A stretch of DNA of 64,000 nt, taken from contig CALRBT010000001.1 in NCBI GenBank assembly GCA_943354475.1, positions 101,424-165,423 of the forward strand, given 5' to 3'. This document shows positions 10,053 through 19,891 of this stretch, in pieces. The DNA is from Parcubacteria group bacterium (GTDB taxonomy: Bacteria; Patescibacteriota; Minisyncoccia; Phycocordibacterales; CALRBT01). Position 1 is the stretch's first letter. The number at the start of each line of letters is the position of its first letter. A program made the position numbers and the translations under genes. The notes below the pieces were generated by a model. That model searched no databases. It worked only from the letters and a program-made list of their open reading frames with translations, and was not told the origin of the DNA.

Positions 10053-12344
10053 ATGTATCTCAAGAGTCTTGAAATTTCCGGATTTAAATCCTTTGCTAAA
10101 AAATCAACCCTTGAATTTAACGCGCAAGTGACGGCTATTGTTGGACCCAACGGCTCGGGGAAATCAAACGTGGCGGAAGCATTCCGCTTTGTACTCGGTG
10201 AACAGTCACTAAAATCAATGCGTGGTAAACGCGGAGAGGATTTGATTTTCAATGGTTCTAATAACCAAACGAGGCTTAATCGTGCTGGCGTTAAGGTAAC
10301 CTTTGATAATACCAAGCGCGTTTTTCCCATTGAGTATGACGAGGTAGTTATCGAGCGCGTGGTTCATCGCGATTCACTCAACGAGTATCTTATCAATGGC
10401 TCCAAGGTTAGACTCAAAGACATTATCGAACTCCTCGCGCAGGCCCATATTGGAGCGTCAGGACATCATATTATTTCCCAAGGTGAGGCCGATAGGATTC
10501 TTAACGCGTCAAATAAAGAGCGTAAGGCGATGATTGAAGATGCGCTAGGGCTCAAGATTTATCAATACAAACGCGAAGAGAGTACACGTAAGCTCGAGAA
10601 GACTGAGGAGAATATTGCACAGGTGCAGTCTCTCCGCAAAGAAATCGCGCCACACCTAAAATTTCTCAAGCGTCAGGTTGAAAAAGTGGAGAAAGCCTTT
10701 GCGATGCGAGATGAACTTGTGAAGCTATATCAAGAATACTTCAAGCGAGAAGAATTGTATTTATCGAGAGAACACGAAAAATTAAACAGAGAACAAGAGG
10801 CACCGCAAACCGAACTTCATCAAATTGAGAACAAACTCACTCACTTAAAGCAGGAAATCGAGTCAGAATCTAAAGAAAATGATCGACCGCAAGAAATCGT
10901 AATACTGGAAGAAGCACTTAATCTGATTCGGACTAAGAAAGATGAGTTGGCACGGAATCTCGGGCGACTTGAAGGAGAAATAAGTAGTGAAGAACGCCAG
11001 AGAGATCGTGAGGAGCGAATTGCCAAGATTGAGACAGAGCGACTCATCAAAGTTGGTGAAGTCCGCAAGCTTTTAGATATCCTTAAATCCTCATTTAATG
11101 AAGCAGAAATGGAGGGTGGTTTGGATCGTCTGCGAATGATTATTTCCTCTATGAGCGCGGCGGTAGGGGATTTTGTCCGCACTCACATTGATCAAGTACA
11201 AGAGGGGAGCCATTCATTTGATAGGAGTGAACTCGATCGATTGATTTCCAGAAAATCAGAACTAGAGCTCGAGCTTGAAGTAGTTCGTTTGTCTGAAAAA
11301 GAAGCACAAACCAATTATCAAAAACTCAGAGCTCAGCTTGAAGAAAAGAAAGATTCACTACGGTCAGCAGAGAGAGAAATCTTTGAGCTCGTGGGTAAAC
11401 AAAGTGAGTTGCGTAGAATCCTTGCAGATCTCCGTAACCGTCAGGAACGTCTCCATCTTGAAAAGGAATCATTCGACCGTGAACTCAGGGAGTCTGTGGC
11501 GATAGCTGGGCACGAAGCTATTAGTTTCAACGGAATGGAGTTTGCCAGCCCATCAGGAGAAGCACTCTCTGATGACGAACTCGCCATCACTCCACGTACC
11601 GAGCAAGAAGGACGTTTCAAAACAATTGAGAAGATGAAAATTAGACTTGAAGATGCAGGAGCTTCTGGTGGTGAAGAGACACTCAAAGAATATCAAGATA
11701 TCACCGAGCGAGATCAGTTTTTAGAAAAAGAAATTGCAGACTTAGAGCAATCAGCAGTCTCACTAAAATCACTCATTAAAGATTTGACCTCACAACTTGA
11801 ACGAGATTTCAAAGAGGGGATGGATAAAATCAACACACAGTTCCATGAATTCTTTGCGCTGATGTTTGGTGGCGGACGCGCGGGACTAACACTTCTCCAA
11901 GAGAAGAAGCGAAAACGCGGCAGCACAGAGGATTTGGTACTAACCCAAGATCCAGAAGCCGACTTTGAAGAACCACAAGAGGAACTCGAATCAGGAATTG
12001 AGATTGATATTGCACTTCCACACAAGAAAACCAAGGGACTTGAGATGCTCTCTGGAGGGGAGCGAGCACTTACCTCAATTGCACTTCTCTTTGCAATTTC
12101 TCAAGTTAATCCACCACCGTTTATCATCCTCGATGAGACCGACGCAGCACTCGATGAAGCTAACTCGAAGAAATACGGTACTATGATTGAGAATCTCTCC
12201 AGGTACTCTCAGCTCATTGTAATCACTCACAATCGTGAGACAATGAGCACTGCAAGTATTATCTACGGCGTGACGATGGGAGGGGATGGAATTTCCAAAC
12301 TTCTCTCGATTCAATTTGAGGAAGCGGTAACCGTAGCAAAGTAG
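10053..12344 (+). CDS. smc: SMC-family ATPase, short (763 aa)
   Basis: GFKSFA, GPNGSGKSN, ISQG, LSGGE, IILDETDAALD and coiled coils. Confidence 0.9.
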   Translation: MYLKSLEISGFKSFAKKSTLEFNAQVTAIVGPNGSGKSNVAEAFRFVLGEQSLKSMRGKRGEDLIFNGSNNQTRLNRAGVKVTFDNTKRVFPIEYDEVVIERVVHRDSLNEYLINGSKVRLKDIIELLAQAHIGASGHHIISQGEADRILNASNKERKAMIEDALGLKIYQYKREESTRKLEKTEENIAQVQSLRKEIAPHLKFLKRQVEKVEKAFAMRDELVKLYQEYFKREELYLSREHEKLNREQEAPQTELHQIENKLTHLKQEIESESKENDRPQEIVILEEALNLIRTKKDELARNLGRLEGEISSEERQRDREERIAKIETERLIKVGEVRKLLDILKSSFNEAEMEGGLDRLRMIISSMSAAVGDFVRTHIDQVQEGSHSFDRSELDRLISRKSELELELEVVRLSEKEAQTNYQKLRAQLEEKKDSLRSAEREIFELVGKQSELRRILADLRNRQERLHLEKESFDRELRESVAIAGHEAISFNGMEFASPSGEALSDDELAITPRTEQEGRFKTIEKMKIRLEDAGASGGEETLKEYQDITERDQFLEKEIADLEQSAVSLKSLIKDLTSQLERDFKEGMDKINTQFHEFFALMFGGGRAGLTLLQEKKRKRGSTEDLVLTQDPEADFEEPQEELESGIEIDIALPHKKTKGLEMLSGGERALTSIALLFAISQVNPPPFIILDETDAALDEANSKKYGTMIENLSRYSQLIVITHNRETMSTASIIYGVTMGGDGISKLLSIQFEEAVTVAK

Positions 12345-12361
12345 ACTAAGTTAAATTTTAT

Positions 12362-13360
12362 ATGAAAAAAGCATTTATCACCGGTATTACCGGACAAGAC
12401 GGATCCTATTTGGCAGAGCTCCTTCTCTCGAAAGGATACGAAGTTCATGGCCTCATCCATAATCCATCAGAAACAAAAAATGTTGACTCGATTAAGGATA
12501 AGCTGACACTTCATCCGGGAGACATAACTGATGGAGAGTTACTATCAAAAATCATAATTGAAGGACAATTTGATGAAGTCTACAACCTTGCCGGAATGAC
12601 CAATGTACCCGATTCTTTCGCAGACCCAATCCTTGCTACAAAGATGACAGCACTACCCCCACTTTTTATTCTGGACGCAATTGTTAAGGGCAGTAAGCAC
12701 ACAAAACTTTTCCAAGCATCATCTTCTGAGATGTTTGGTAATGGTACCGAAAGTCCCCAACGAGAAACCTCAGGATTTCATCCGACAAATCCTTACGGTA
12801 TCGCTAAACTCTTTGCTCACCATATCTGTGAGGTATATCGTGGAAAATCCGTATTCGCAGCTTCTGGGATTCTCTATAACCACGAGTCGCCTCGTCGAGG
12901 AGAGAAGTTTGTAACAACAAAAATCGTTCGGACACTGGCAGAAATAAAAATGGGAAAAGCAGAAGTCCTTGAATTGGGAGATATCGATGCGATGCGAGAT
13001 TGGGGATTTGCCGGAGATTATGTCTTGGCCATGTGGGAGATGTTACAAGTAGAAAAGGCAGAAAGCTATATTATCGCATCAGGAGCGACACATTCGGCCC
13101 GAGATTTTGTGGATGCGTCAGCCAAGAGTTTGGGTATCGAATTAACCTGGAGCGGAAAAGGGGTAGATCAAAGAGGTGTGGATCAAAATGGAGTAGTTAG
13201 GGTCAAGGTTAATCCAGAATTTTTCAGACCATCAGAGCTTCATATCCGTCAGGGAGATATTACAAAGATTACAAATGAATTGGGATGGAAATCAAAGGTG
13301 CTCTTTGAGGAATTGGTCAAAATGATGACTGATGCAGAAATGTGTAAACTCCAGGGATAA
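12362..13360 (+). CDS. gmd: GDP-mannose 4,6-dehydratase paralog 1
   Basis: ITGITGQDGSYLA, QASSSEMFG, YGIAK, NHESPRRG, RDWGFAGDY. Confidence 0.88.
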   Translation: MKKAFITGITGQDGSYLAELLLSKGYEVHGLIHNPSETKNVDSIKDKLTLHPGDITDGELLSKIIIEGQFDEVYNLAGMTNVPDSFADPILATKMTALPPLFILDAIVKGSKHTKLFQASSSEMFGNGTESPQRETSGFHPTNPYGIAKLFAHHICEVYRGKSVFAASGILYNHESPRRGEKFVTTKIVRTLAEIKMGKAEVLELGDIDAMRDWGFAGDYVLAMWEMLQVEKAESYIIASGATHSARDFVDASAKSLGIELTWSGKGVDQRGVDQNGVVRVKVNPEFFRPSELHIRQGDITKITNELGWKSKVLFEELVKMMTDAEMCKLQG

Positions 13361-13440
13361 TTTTTTCAGTAATCAAAAACAACAACCCCCCGCCCAAAAC
13401 AAGTAGGGCGGGGTGGTTTTTTACAAAAGATTACTCAGTA

Positions 13441-13986
13441 TTATCCCAGTCTAAAGATAGTGCGAAGCATGTCAATGAGGGCTGGGTGACAATTCCCCTC
13501 TTTCAAGCGGTTCTCGTCGAACCGCTGTAGTCCAAAATCTTGGACGTATTCAGAGCCGATGAGCCCAGAGGATATAGTCGCCCGATCTGCAGGGCTAATC
13601 GGATAAGCGAAGGTGACGACGAGGTTTTTGCCGACTCCGCCTTGAGCCGTCTCGCTCCAGGCATACAATGAAGACCCAATGAATAAGAGTTTTTTCGGAT
13701 CTATATCAAATCCTGTCTCTCGCTTCACACAGCGAGCCGCTGAGGCCTCGAGGGTCTCATCGTTAAAGAAAATTCGTCCGCCGATGACCCAAACCCTGGG
13801 GTGGGGTTTGATATTTCGCTTCGCCAAATACAGAGCCAAATCGCCAGGAAGAAAGAAGACTACATCGGTGCAGGGGATTGGCATTTTGTTGACAACTTCG
13901 CCGTAGGCGAGGTCGCCGATTCGCTGGTTCTCCGTCACGATTGGTCCTTGGGCTCCTGGCTCAAGGTAAGTCTTCGCGTGCATCAT
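13441..13986 (-). CDS. NUDIX hydrolase, GDP-mannose mannosyl hydrolase-like
   Basis: Variant NUDIX box GGRIFFNDETLEASAARCVKRETG. Lies between two gmd genes. Confidence 0.75.
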   Translation of the reverse strand: MMHAKTYLEPGAQGPIVTENQRIGDLAYGEVVNKMPIPCTDVVFFLPGDLALYLAKRNIKPHPRVWVIGGRIFFNDETLEASAARCVKRETGFDIDPKKLLFIGSSLYAWSETAQGGVGKNLVVTFAYPISPADRATISSGLIGSEYVQDFGLQRFDENRLKEGNCHPALIDMLRTIFRLG

Positions 13987-14111
13987 CGAGTTCTACTCCC
14001 ACAAAGGTCTAAAGTTGTGTGCTAGCCAAAAACAATGTGTCATTTCAAAGGCAATCTGTCAATTACCAAGCAATCTTTATTTTTAGAAAATAACAAACAA
14101 AAATAGTCTGC

Positions 14112-15122
14112 TTACCGAGTCAGTATTTTTTGGTCAGCCTCGATCATCATCGCAATCATTTCTTTAAATGAGACTTGTGGAACCCAACCGAGCACTTCTT
14201 TCGCCTTACTTGCATCACCTCGTAAGTAATCTACTTCATTTGGACGATAAAAATATTTATTGATGCGAATGATAATCTTACCATCTTTAGTAATTCCTAT
14301 TTCATCCAACCCTTCTCCTTGCCAGGTTAAACCCAGGTCTAAAATTTCAGAAGCCATTTCCACCATCTCTCTAATCGTTCGCGACACTCCGGTAGCAATA
14401 ACAAAATCATCAGCCACCTCTTGTTGGAGCATTCGCCACATAGCATTAACATAATCTCCGGCAAAACCCCAGTCACGACGTGCTTCGAGATTCCCCAATT
14501 CAAAGCCTTCGATCATTCCTAATTTTATTTTAACTAAATTTTGTGTCACTTTGCGAGTTACAAAGTTTTCCCCTCGGCGAGGCGACTCGTGATTGAAGAG
14601 AATACCAGAGCAAATAAAGTGTCCTTTCTCTCGCAGTGCTTTGACAATATCGGTATGTGTCTTATGTTTTGACTCTCCATACGGAGAAACAGGTTCAAAG
14701 GGACTTGCTTCATTTTGTGGAGGCTGCGTTTTACCATACATCTCTGAAGTTGAAGCTTGGTAGAATTTAACCTTTGGGTTTTGTTTAAATGCCTCATCAG
14801 CGAGCATTTTAACTCCTTCAAAATTTATGGCCCAAGTTTCATCGGGGCAGTCAAACGAGATACGAACGTCAGATTGCCCTGCAAGGTTATATATTTCATC
14901 CGGCTTTGCAATTTCGAGAGCTCTAATAAGGGTTGCCTTGTCCCTCATATTTCCATAAATCAATTTGACCCTATCATTCTTGATAAGGTGGTTAATCCGA
15001 ATGAATGGATCAGTACTGGTTCGTCTGACCAACCCGTAGATTTCGTAATCTTTAGTTTCTAAAAGGTCTGCCAAATAGGATCCGTCTTGTCCGGTAATAC
15101 CCGTGATGAGTGCTCGCTTCAT
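14112..15122 (-). CDS. gmd: GDP-mannose 4,6-dehydratase paralog 2
   Basis: GITGQDGSYLA, GLVRRTS, QASTSEMYG, YGESK, NHESPRRGENFVTRK. Confidence 0.93.
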   Translation of the reverse strand: MKRALITGITGQDGSYLADLLETKDYEIYGLVRRTSTDPFIRINHLIKNDRVKLIYGNMRDKATLIRALEIAKPDEIYNLAGQSDVRISFDCPDETWAINFEGVKMLADEAFKQNPKVKFYQASTSEMYGKTQPPQNEASPFEPVSPYGESKHKTHTDIVKALREKGHFICSGILFNHESPRRGENFVTRKVTQNLVKIKLGMIEGFELGNLEARRDWGFAGDYVNAMWRMLQQEVADDFVIATGVSRTIREMVEMASEILDLGLTWQGEGLDEIGITKDGKIIIRINKYFYRPNEVDYLRGDASKAKEVLGWVPQVSFKEMIAMMIEADQKILTR

Positions 15123-15263
15123 ATAGTGCTATAATAAGTTCAACATATTGTATGTTTCTCTGGATTAATTTGCAAACATGTAGACAAAGAATGTAAACTG
15201 CACAGTGAATTAGTATCTTCCGTCACGATTGATTATATATTTAAAAAACTTAAAACCAATTTT

Positions 15264-16265
15264 ATGAAAGGTGAAGGGATGAAGGACACGTCGAATCGTA
15301 AAAAGCAAGAGACCGTCAAGGAGAAAGACAAACCTCTCACTGAGAACCCACACGATATTCCAGAGCGACAAATTCCTCAAGAAACGCTTGAACAAGAAGC
15401 TGAGCGATTACTAGAAAATTTATTGAGTGATAAAGACAATGCTTTTCTTACTGAGCATGAAGAAAATAAAAAACGTTTGGATGAATTCTCCTCGGCGGTT
15501 CAAGCGCTTGCGTTTGCACTCAAAAAGATAGATGAACGTCATGAGCGAACCTCTCGCCTCACACTCGCTTCCCCTGAGGTGTTAGGAGTAGAGATAGTAA
15601 ATGTGAATCCTGTGGGTATAAGGAAGAACGTTGAAGAGATCTTAAAACATGCAATGGAAATTGGTAGGGGAGGTGACGCAATCGTTGTTGTTGATAAAAG
15701 TGAAGTTAGGAGTTTACCTCCAGAAATTTGTTACAAGTTTGCGATTACTGAGACCACCCCTCGTGGAAGAAACTCCACTTTCTCTGAAATTGCTCTCCAA
15801 GAAGCTTTTTACAAAGCTAATATGGAGGTTCCAGAAAGCAAAATTGGTGTACCTATTCCATTTTACGCACATGAGGTTGGAATACATAAAGTGATCGCAA
15901 TGGAGAAGCTCAATGCTAAAAGCGTAGATGATATTTTGCACAGTAAAGGGACGCTACCCCCATGGTTTGATGTCGACACGTTTTGTGATGAATTACACAC
16001 AGTGCTTGATCACTTTCATGCGAAGGGTCTATATCACCGGGACATGCATGAAGGTAATATTATGATTTCTCAACAAAAAGAAATTGGGGATGGAGATAAA
16101 ATCGGTTTTATTATTGATTTTGGCCTCTCTGTTCAAGACGATACAGGGATAGAACCATATAAAAAACAGGTTGCTGGGACAACCTTTACATATTCAGACG
16201 ATTATGGTATCATAAAAAGAGTACAAACTGCTCTTAAAACGTATCAAAAAACACATTTAGCATGA
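15264..16265 (+). CDS. Protein-kinase-like protein
   Basis: IGRGGDA Gly loop, CYK, HRDMHEGNIM catalytic loop, IDFG. Confidence 0.8.
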   Translation: MKGEGMKDTSNRKKQETVKEKDKPLTENPHDIPERQIPQETLEQEAERLLENLLSDKDNAFLTEHEENKKRLDEFSSAVQALAFALKKIDERHERTSRLTLASPEVLGVEIVNVNPVGIRKNVEEILKHAMEIGRGGDAIVVVDKSEVRSLPPEICYKFAITETTPRGRNSTFSEIALQEAFYKANMEVPESKIGVPIPFYAHEVGIHKVIAMEKLNAKSVDDILHSKGTLPPWFDVDTFCDELHTVLDHFHAKGLYHRDMHEGNIMISQQKEIGDGDKIGFIIDFGLSVQDDTGIEPYKKQVAGTTFTYSDDYGIIKRVQTALKTYQKTHLA

Positions 16266-16486
16266 AAGGTATGACAATGAAGATTACGCCTCAAATGGCT
16301 AGAATTATAAGAGCAACCGTAGAGAACCCTCTTGGTGAGGGTGAGATGCGGCGTCTTCCAGGTATGGGGGATCTGTTCGTTTCCCTCGTTGAGCCGGGTA
16401 AGCACAACGACTCAAAGCATAATCATCTATATGATGTTCGAGTTGATGGGGTTGCTTACCATATTTATGGGGGAGTTTCGCAGTGA
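16262..16486 (+). CDS. Hypothetical protein
   Basis: 74 aa overlapping the kinase stop, with possible GAAAGG SD before the internal ATGs. Confidence 0.5.
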   Translation: MKGMTMKITPQMARIIRATVENPLGEGEMRRLPGMGDLFVSLVEPGKHNDSKHNHLYDVRVDGVAYHIYGGVSQ

Positions 16487-16573
16487 GGTTCGGTGACGGC
16501 GATAGGTGCCGGTGTATTGCTTTTTCGCGTACATCGGCCCTTTTCTATTTAAAAATAAATTCAGGATTTTTTA

Positions 16574-18640
16574 TTAAACTAAACTATAATCAAGAGTCTT
16601 TCGTTCCATGTCGGCAGCTACCACTTTAAATCGTACGGTATCCCCAAGTGAATACTTATTTTTAGTTCGCTCACCAATGAGACAGTAGTTTTTTTGATCG
16701 AGTTTGTAGTAGTCATCTTGAAGATCTCGTAGTTTGACCATTCCTTCACATTTAGTTTCTTTATCTTCAACATAGATACCCCATTCGGTAACGCCAGTAA
16801 TTGTGCCGTCAAACTCTTCGCCGAGGTGTTTAGTCATGTATTCAACCTGTTTGTACTTGATCGAATCACGTTCAGCCATAGTCGCGCGAATCTCATTCTC
16901 GGTTGAATCCCTAGAAATTTTCTCGAACTCAGCCATCTCGGCATCAGTAATAGTCTCGCCAGCTAAGTGTCGCATCAGAAGCCTATGGACCATCAGATCG
17001 GGGTAACGACGAATCGGTGAGGTGAAATTTGTATAGTAACCAAACCCTAGACCAAAGTGTCCGATATTCTTGGTCGAGTAAATCGCTTTGGCCATTGAAC
17101 GAAGGGTCGCGGTCTTAATCAAGCCTTCTTCTGCTTTCCCTTCAATCTGTCGTAAGAGTGCGTTGATATCTTTGGCGCGGACGTTCGTCCCTTTTTTGTA
17201 GGGGAGTGAGTATCCGAGGGCCTTAACAAAGATCGCTAGCTCTTCAATCTTCTCAGGATTTGGTACGTCGTGGATACGATAGACAAAGCCTTTTGCTTTT
17301 TTGGTTTTCTCGCTTAATTTCTCGATTGATTCAGCGACTTCTCGGTTAGCCAGGAGCATGAATTCCTCAACTAGTTTGTGTGCATCTTTACGTTCCTTAC
17401 GGTAGACACGGATTGGCACGCCCTCATTATCTAATTCAAATTTTACTTCATCGGTCTCAAATGAGATGGCGCCATTGTAATATTTCTGCCGCTCAAGGAT
17501 TTTGGCAATACTATTTAATGTCTTGAGCTCGGTAGAAAATTCAGTTCCGTGCCCTTCCAAAACCTCTTGCGCGCCTTCATACGTAAATCGCTTACTTGAA
17601 TGGATGATTGTCTTGCCGAACCATCGCTCCAATACCTTACCCTTGGAATCCATAATAAAGATGGCAGAGACAGCGAGTTTATCTTCATTGGGGCGAAGGC
17701 TACAGAGATTGTTTGAAAGAATTTCAGGAAGCATCGGAATAGTACGGTCGACGAGATAGACGGAGACACCACGTTTCTTGGCTTCAGTGTCGATGGCGGT
17801 CTTGGGTGTAACATAATAGGAGACGTCAGCGATATGCACGCCAATCTCAAAGCGATCATTGCCTAGATCCTTAAATGATATTGCATCGTCAAAGTCTTTA
17901 GCGTCGATTGGGTCAATGGTGAGCGTTACTACCCCTCGCATATCACGACGCTTAGCAATTTCTTCGGTAGGAATAGCCTGGTGTTCTTCGAAATATTCAG
18001 CTTCTTTGTTTACTTCAGTGGGGTACTCAATACGGAATCCTTTCTCAATCAAGATTGACTCCATCTCAGTGTTGTTCTTGCCCTTGATGCCGATGACTTT
18101 GATGATCTCACCTTGGGGATTTGTTTCGCCATCACTCCATCCTGTCATTTTGACCAACATTTTCATTCCAACCTTTGCACCATTTTCCTTTTCATTTTTA
18201 TCAAAATTTTCTTTTGAAATTGCAATATCCGTATACATTTTACGGTCATCGGGGAGAAGAAAATACTTCCCGCGTTCTTCTTCAAGTACTCCCACGAACT
18301 CCACTTTGGCACGCTGGATGATGCGAACCACTTCGCCTTGATTTCGTCCAGCGCGATTGAACGGCAAGAGTTTAACCTCCACCTCATCCCCGTGGAGAGC
18401 GGTGTGTAGGTACTGTGTATCAATTTCAATGTCCTCAGTAAACCGAGTATCGGCAATATAACCGGTACCCTTTCCTGAGACGCTAAGTGGTCCCGTAATC
18501 AGTACAGTAGAATCTATCTTTATTGTCTTGGTGGGGGCACGGTAGCCTCCAGTCCTCTCCTGTGGACGAGAAAAGCCCTTTTTTGGGCCGTTAGCACTCC
18601 CTGAGGTGTCTTTGGAACCCCCTTTACTATCTTGACGCAT
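16574..18640 (-). CDS. rnr: Ribonuclease R
   Basis: TIDPIDAKDFDDAIS, LVEEFMLLAN, FTSPIRRYPDL and C-terminal S1 domain. Confidence 0.96.
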   Translation of the reverse strand: MRQDSKGGSKDTSGSANGPKKGFSRPQERTGGYRAPTKTIKIDSTVLITGPLSVSGKGTGYIADTRFTEDIEIDTQYLHTALHGDEVEVKLLPFNRAGRNQGEVVRIIQRAKVEFVGVLEEERGKYFLLPDDRKMYTDIAISKENFDKNEKENGAKVGMKMLVKMTGWSDGETNPQGEIIKVIGIKGKNNTEMESILIEKGFRIEYPTEVNKEAEYFEEHQAIPTEEIAKRRDMRGVVTLTIDPIDAKDFDDAISFKDLGNDRFEIGVHIADVSYYVTPKTAIDTEAKKRGVSVYLVDRTIPMLPEILSNNLCSLRPNEDKLAVSAIFIMDSKGKVLERWFGKTIIHSSKRFTYEGAQEVLEGHGTEFSTELKTLNSIAKILERQKYYNGAISFETDEVKFELDNEGVPIRVYRKERKDAHKLVEEFMLLANREVAESIEKLSEKTKKAKGFVYRIHDVPNPEKIEELAIFVKALGYSLPYKKGTNVRAKDINALLRQIEGKAEEGLIKTATLRSMAKAIYSTKNIGHFGLGFGYYTNFTSPIRRYPDLMVHRLLMRHLAGETITDAEMAEFEKISRDSTENEIRATMAERDSIKYKQVEYMTKHLGEEFDGTITGVTEWGIYVEDKETKCEGMVKLRDLQDDYYKLDQKNYCLIGERTKNKYSLGDTVRFKVVAADMERKTLDYSLV

Positions 18641-18745
18641 ATTAAGCAGTATTGTAGCAAATATCGGCTATTTCCGCTAATTTGATACTAAAGTGATATA
18701 ATTAATTGACTTACATCTACTTTCCAGTTAGTATATTCCTCACTT

Positions 18746-19150
18746 ATGTTAAAATTACGATTACAGCGAGTAGGCCGAAAGCACCACTTCTCTTTCCGAG
18801 TGGTTTTGACCGATTCTAAAAATTCAGCGGGAAGCGGGAAGTATCTCGAAGTTCTTGGTTCATACGACCCAAAGAGTAAGGCAAAGGCGTTCAAGAAAGA
18901 CGAAATCCTCGCTCGAATCGGCCAAGGGGCGCAACTTTCTGAAACACTCCACAACCTCCTTGTTAGTGAGAAAATTATTGATGGTAAAAAAGTAAACGCA
19001 CTTCCAAAGAAAACAGCACCCAAAAAAGAAGTAGAGAAAGAAGCACCAGCTCCTGTGGCAGAGAAAGTAGAAGAGAAAGTTGAAACTCCTACTGAAGTGG
19101 TAGATGAAGTAACTCCAGAAGTCGCTTCAACAGAAGAGGTAGTTGCCTAA
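18746..19150 (+). CDS. rpsP: 30S ribosomal protein S16 with acidic C-terminal extension
   Basis: MLKLRLQRVGRKH...LEVLGSYDP...GAQLSET. Confidence 0.95.
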   Translation: MLKLRLQRVGRKHHFSFRVVLTDSKNSAGSGKYLEVLGSYDPKSKAKAFKKDEILARIGQGAQLSETLHNLLVSEKIIDGKKVNALPKKTAPKKEVEKEAPAPVAEKVEEKVETPTEVVDEVTPEVASTEEVVA

Positions 19151-19293
19151 CGTACACTATTCACAGTTTGGTTTGACGTATTGATTGGACAGGATAGAAT
19201 TAGAGTGTCAGTGATTGTAAGATGAGGCACTTACTGGTGACTTGGATCGAAATATATTTATAAAAAGTTTGTTAAGTAAGATTGAATGACTAT

Positions 19294-19638
19294 ATGGAAG
19301 CAGATGCAAAATTCTTAGACACAGTGATTAGAGCGTTAGTTGAACATCCAGATGATGTAAAAATTAATCGAACAGTGGACGAAATGGGAGTACTTATTAC
19401 TCTTGAAGTTCATCCGGATGATATGGGTAAGATTATCGGACGTCAGGGTAATACTGCTAAGGCGATTCGAACCCTCTTGCGCGTTGTTGGAATGAAGAAT
19501 AATGCCCGTGTTAATCTTAAGATTAACGAACCAGAAGGTGGTAAGAAGCCAGCCGGTGTTATGGGAAGCTATGAGCACAATAGTGGGCAGAGCAATACTC
19601 GCACTATCGACGAGGTGATGGAAGGACTCGATTTGTAG
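19294..19638 (+). CDS. khpA: KH-domain RNA-binding protein
   Basis: DMGKIIGRQGNTAKAIRTLL, in the canonical position after rpsP. Confidence 0.92.
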   Translation: MEADAKFLDTVIRALVEHPDDVKINRTVDEMGVLITLEVHPDDMGKIIGRQGNTAKAIRTLLRVVGMKNNARVNLKINEPEGGKKPAGVMGSYEHNSGQSNTRTIDEVMEGLDL

Positions 19639-19761
19639 AATTTTGTAAAATCACTCCATCTACGTTGTTGCGATGCGAGTTTGCTATTCACCGTACGTCA
19701 CAGTACGGCTCAGTCGCAAACTCTTTCGCGCCTAGTAGCTGAAGCAATTTTCCAAATTCTG
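19636..19761. repeat. Rod-shaped palindromic element, copy B
   Basis: Ends AGAATTT/AAATTCT, loop GTTGTT/GCCTA, stem GAGTTTGC/GCAAACTC, apex CCGTAC-gtcaca-GTACGG. Overlaps the khpA TAG. Confidence 0.8.
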
Positions 19762-19784
19762 GGAATTATATCGATAATCGACAA

Positions 19785-19827
19785 AAACAAAAAACTGTGG
19801 CAATATCAAAGCCACAGTTTTTTGTTT
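19785..19827 (+). terminator. Intrinsic terminator
   Basis: AAACAAAAAACTGTGGC-loop-GCCACAGTTTTTTGTTT. Confidence 0.75.
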
Positions 19828-19846
19828 GGCAGTTTTCATTTTTTGG

Positions 19847-19888
19847 TCTATACCTCCCAAACCCTATACCCCAAAACCTATCACCTAG
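19847..19888 (+). repeat. Degenerate heptamer tandem repeat (nnCCTAn)
   Basis: accctat accccaa aacctat cacctag directly before the trmD ATG. Confidence 0.65.
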
Positions 19889-19891
19889 TCC

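Noticed and set aside
19639-19891. rimM pseudogene between khpA and trmD
   Set aside because: No RimM-like residues were seen. The gap is filled by palindrome B, a terminator and heptamer repeats.
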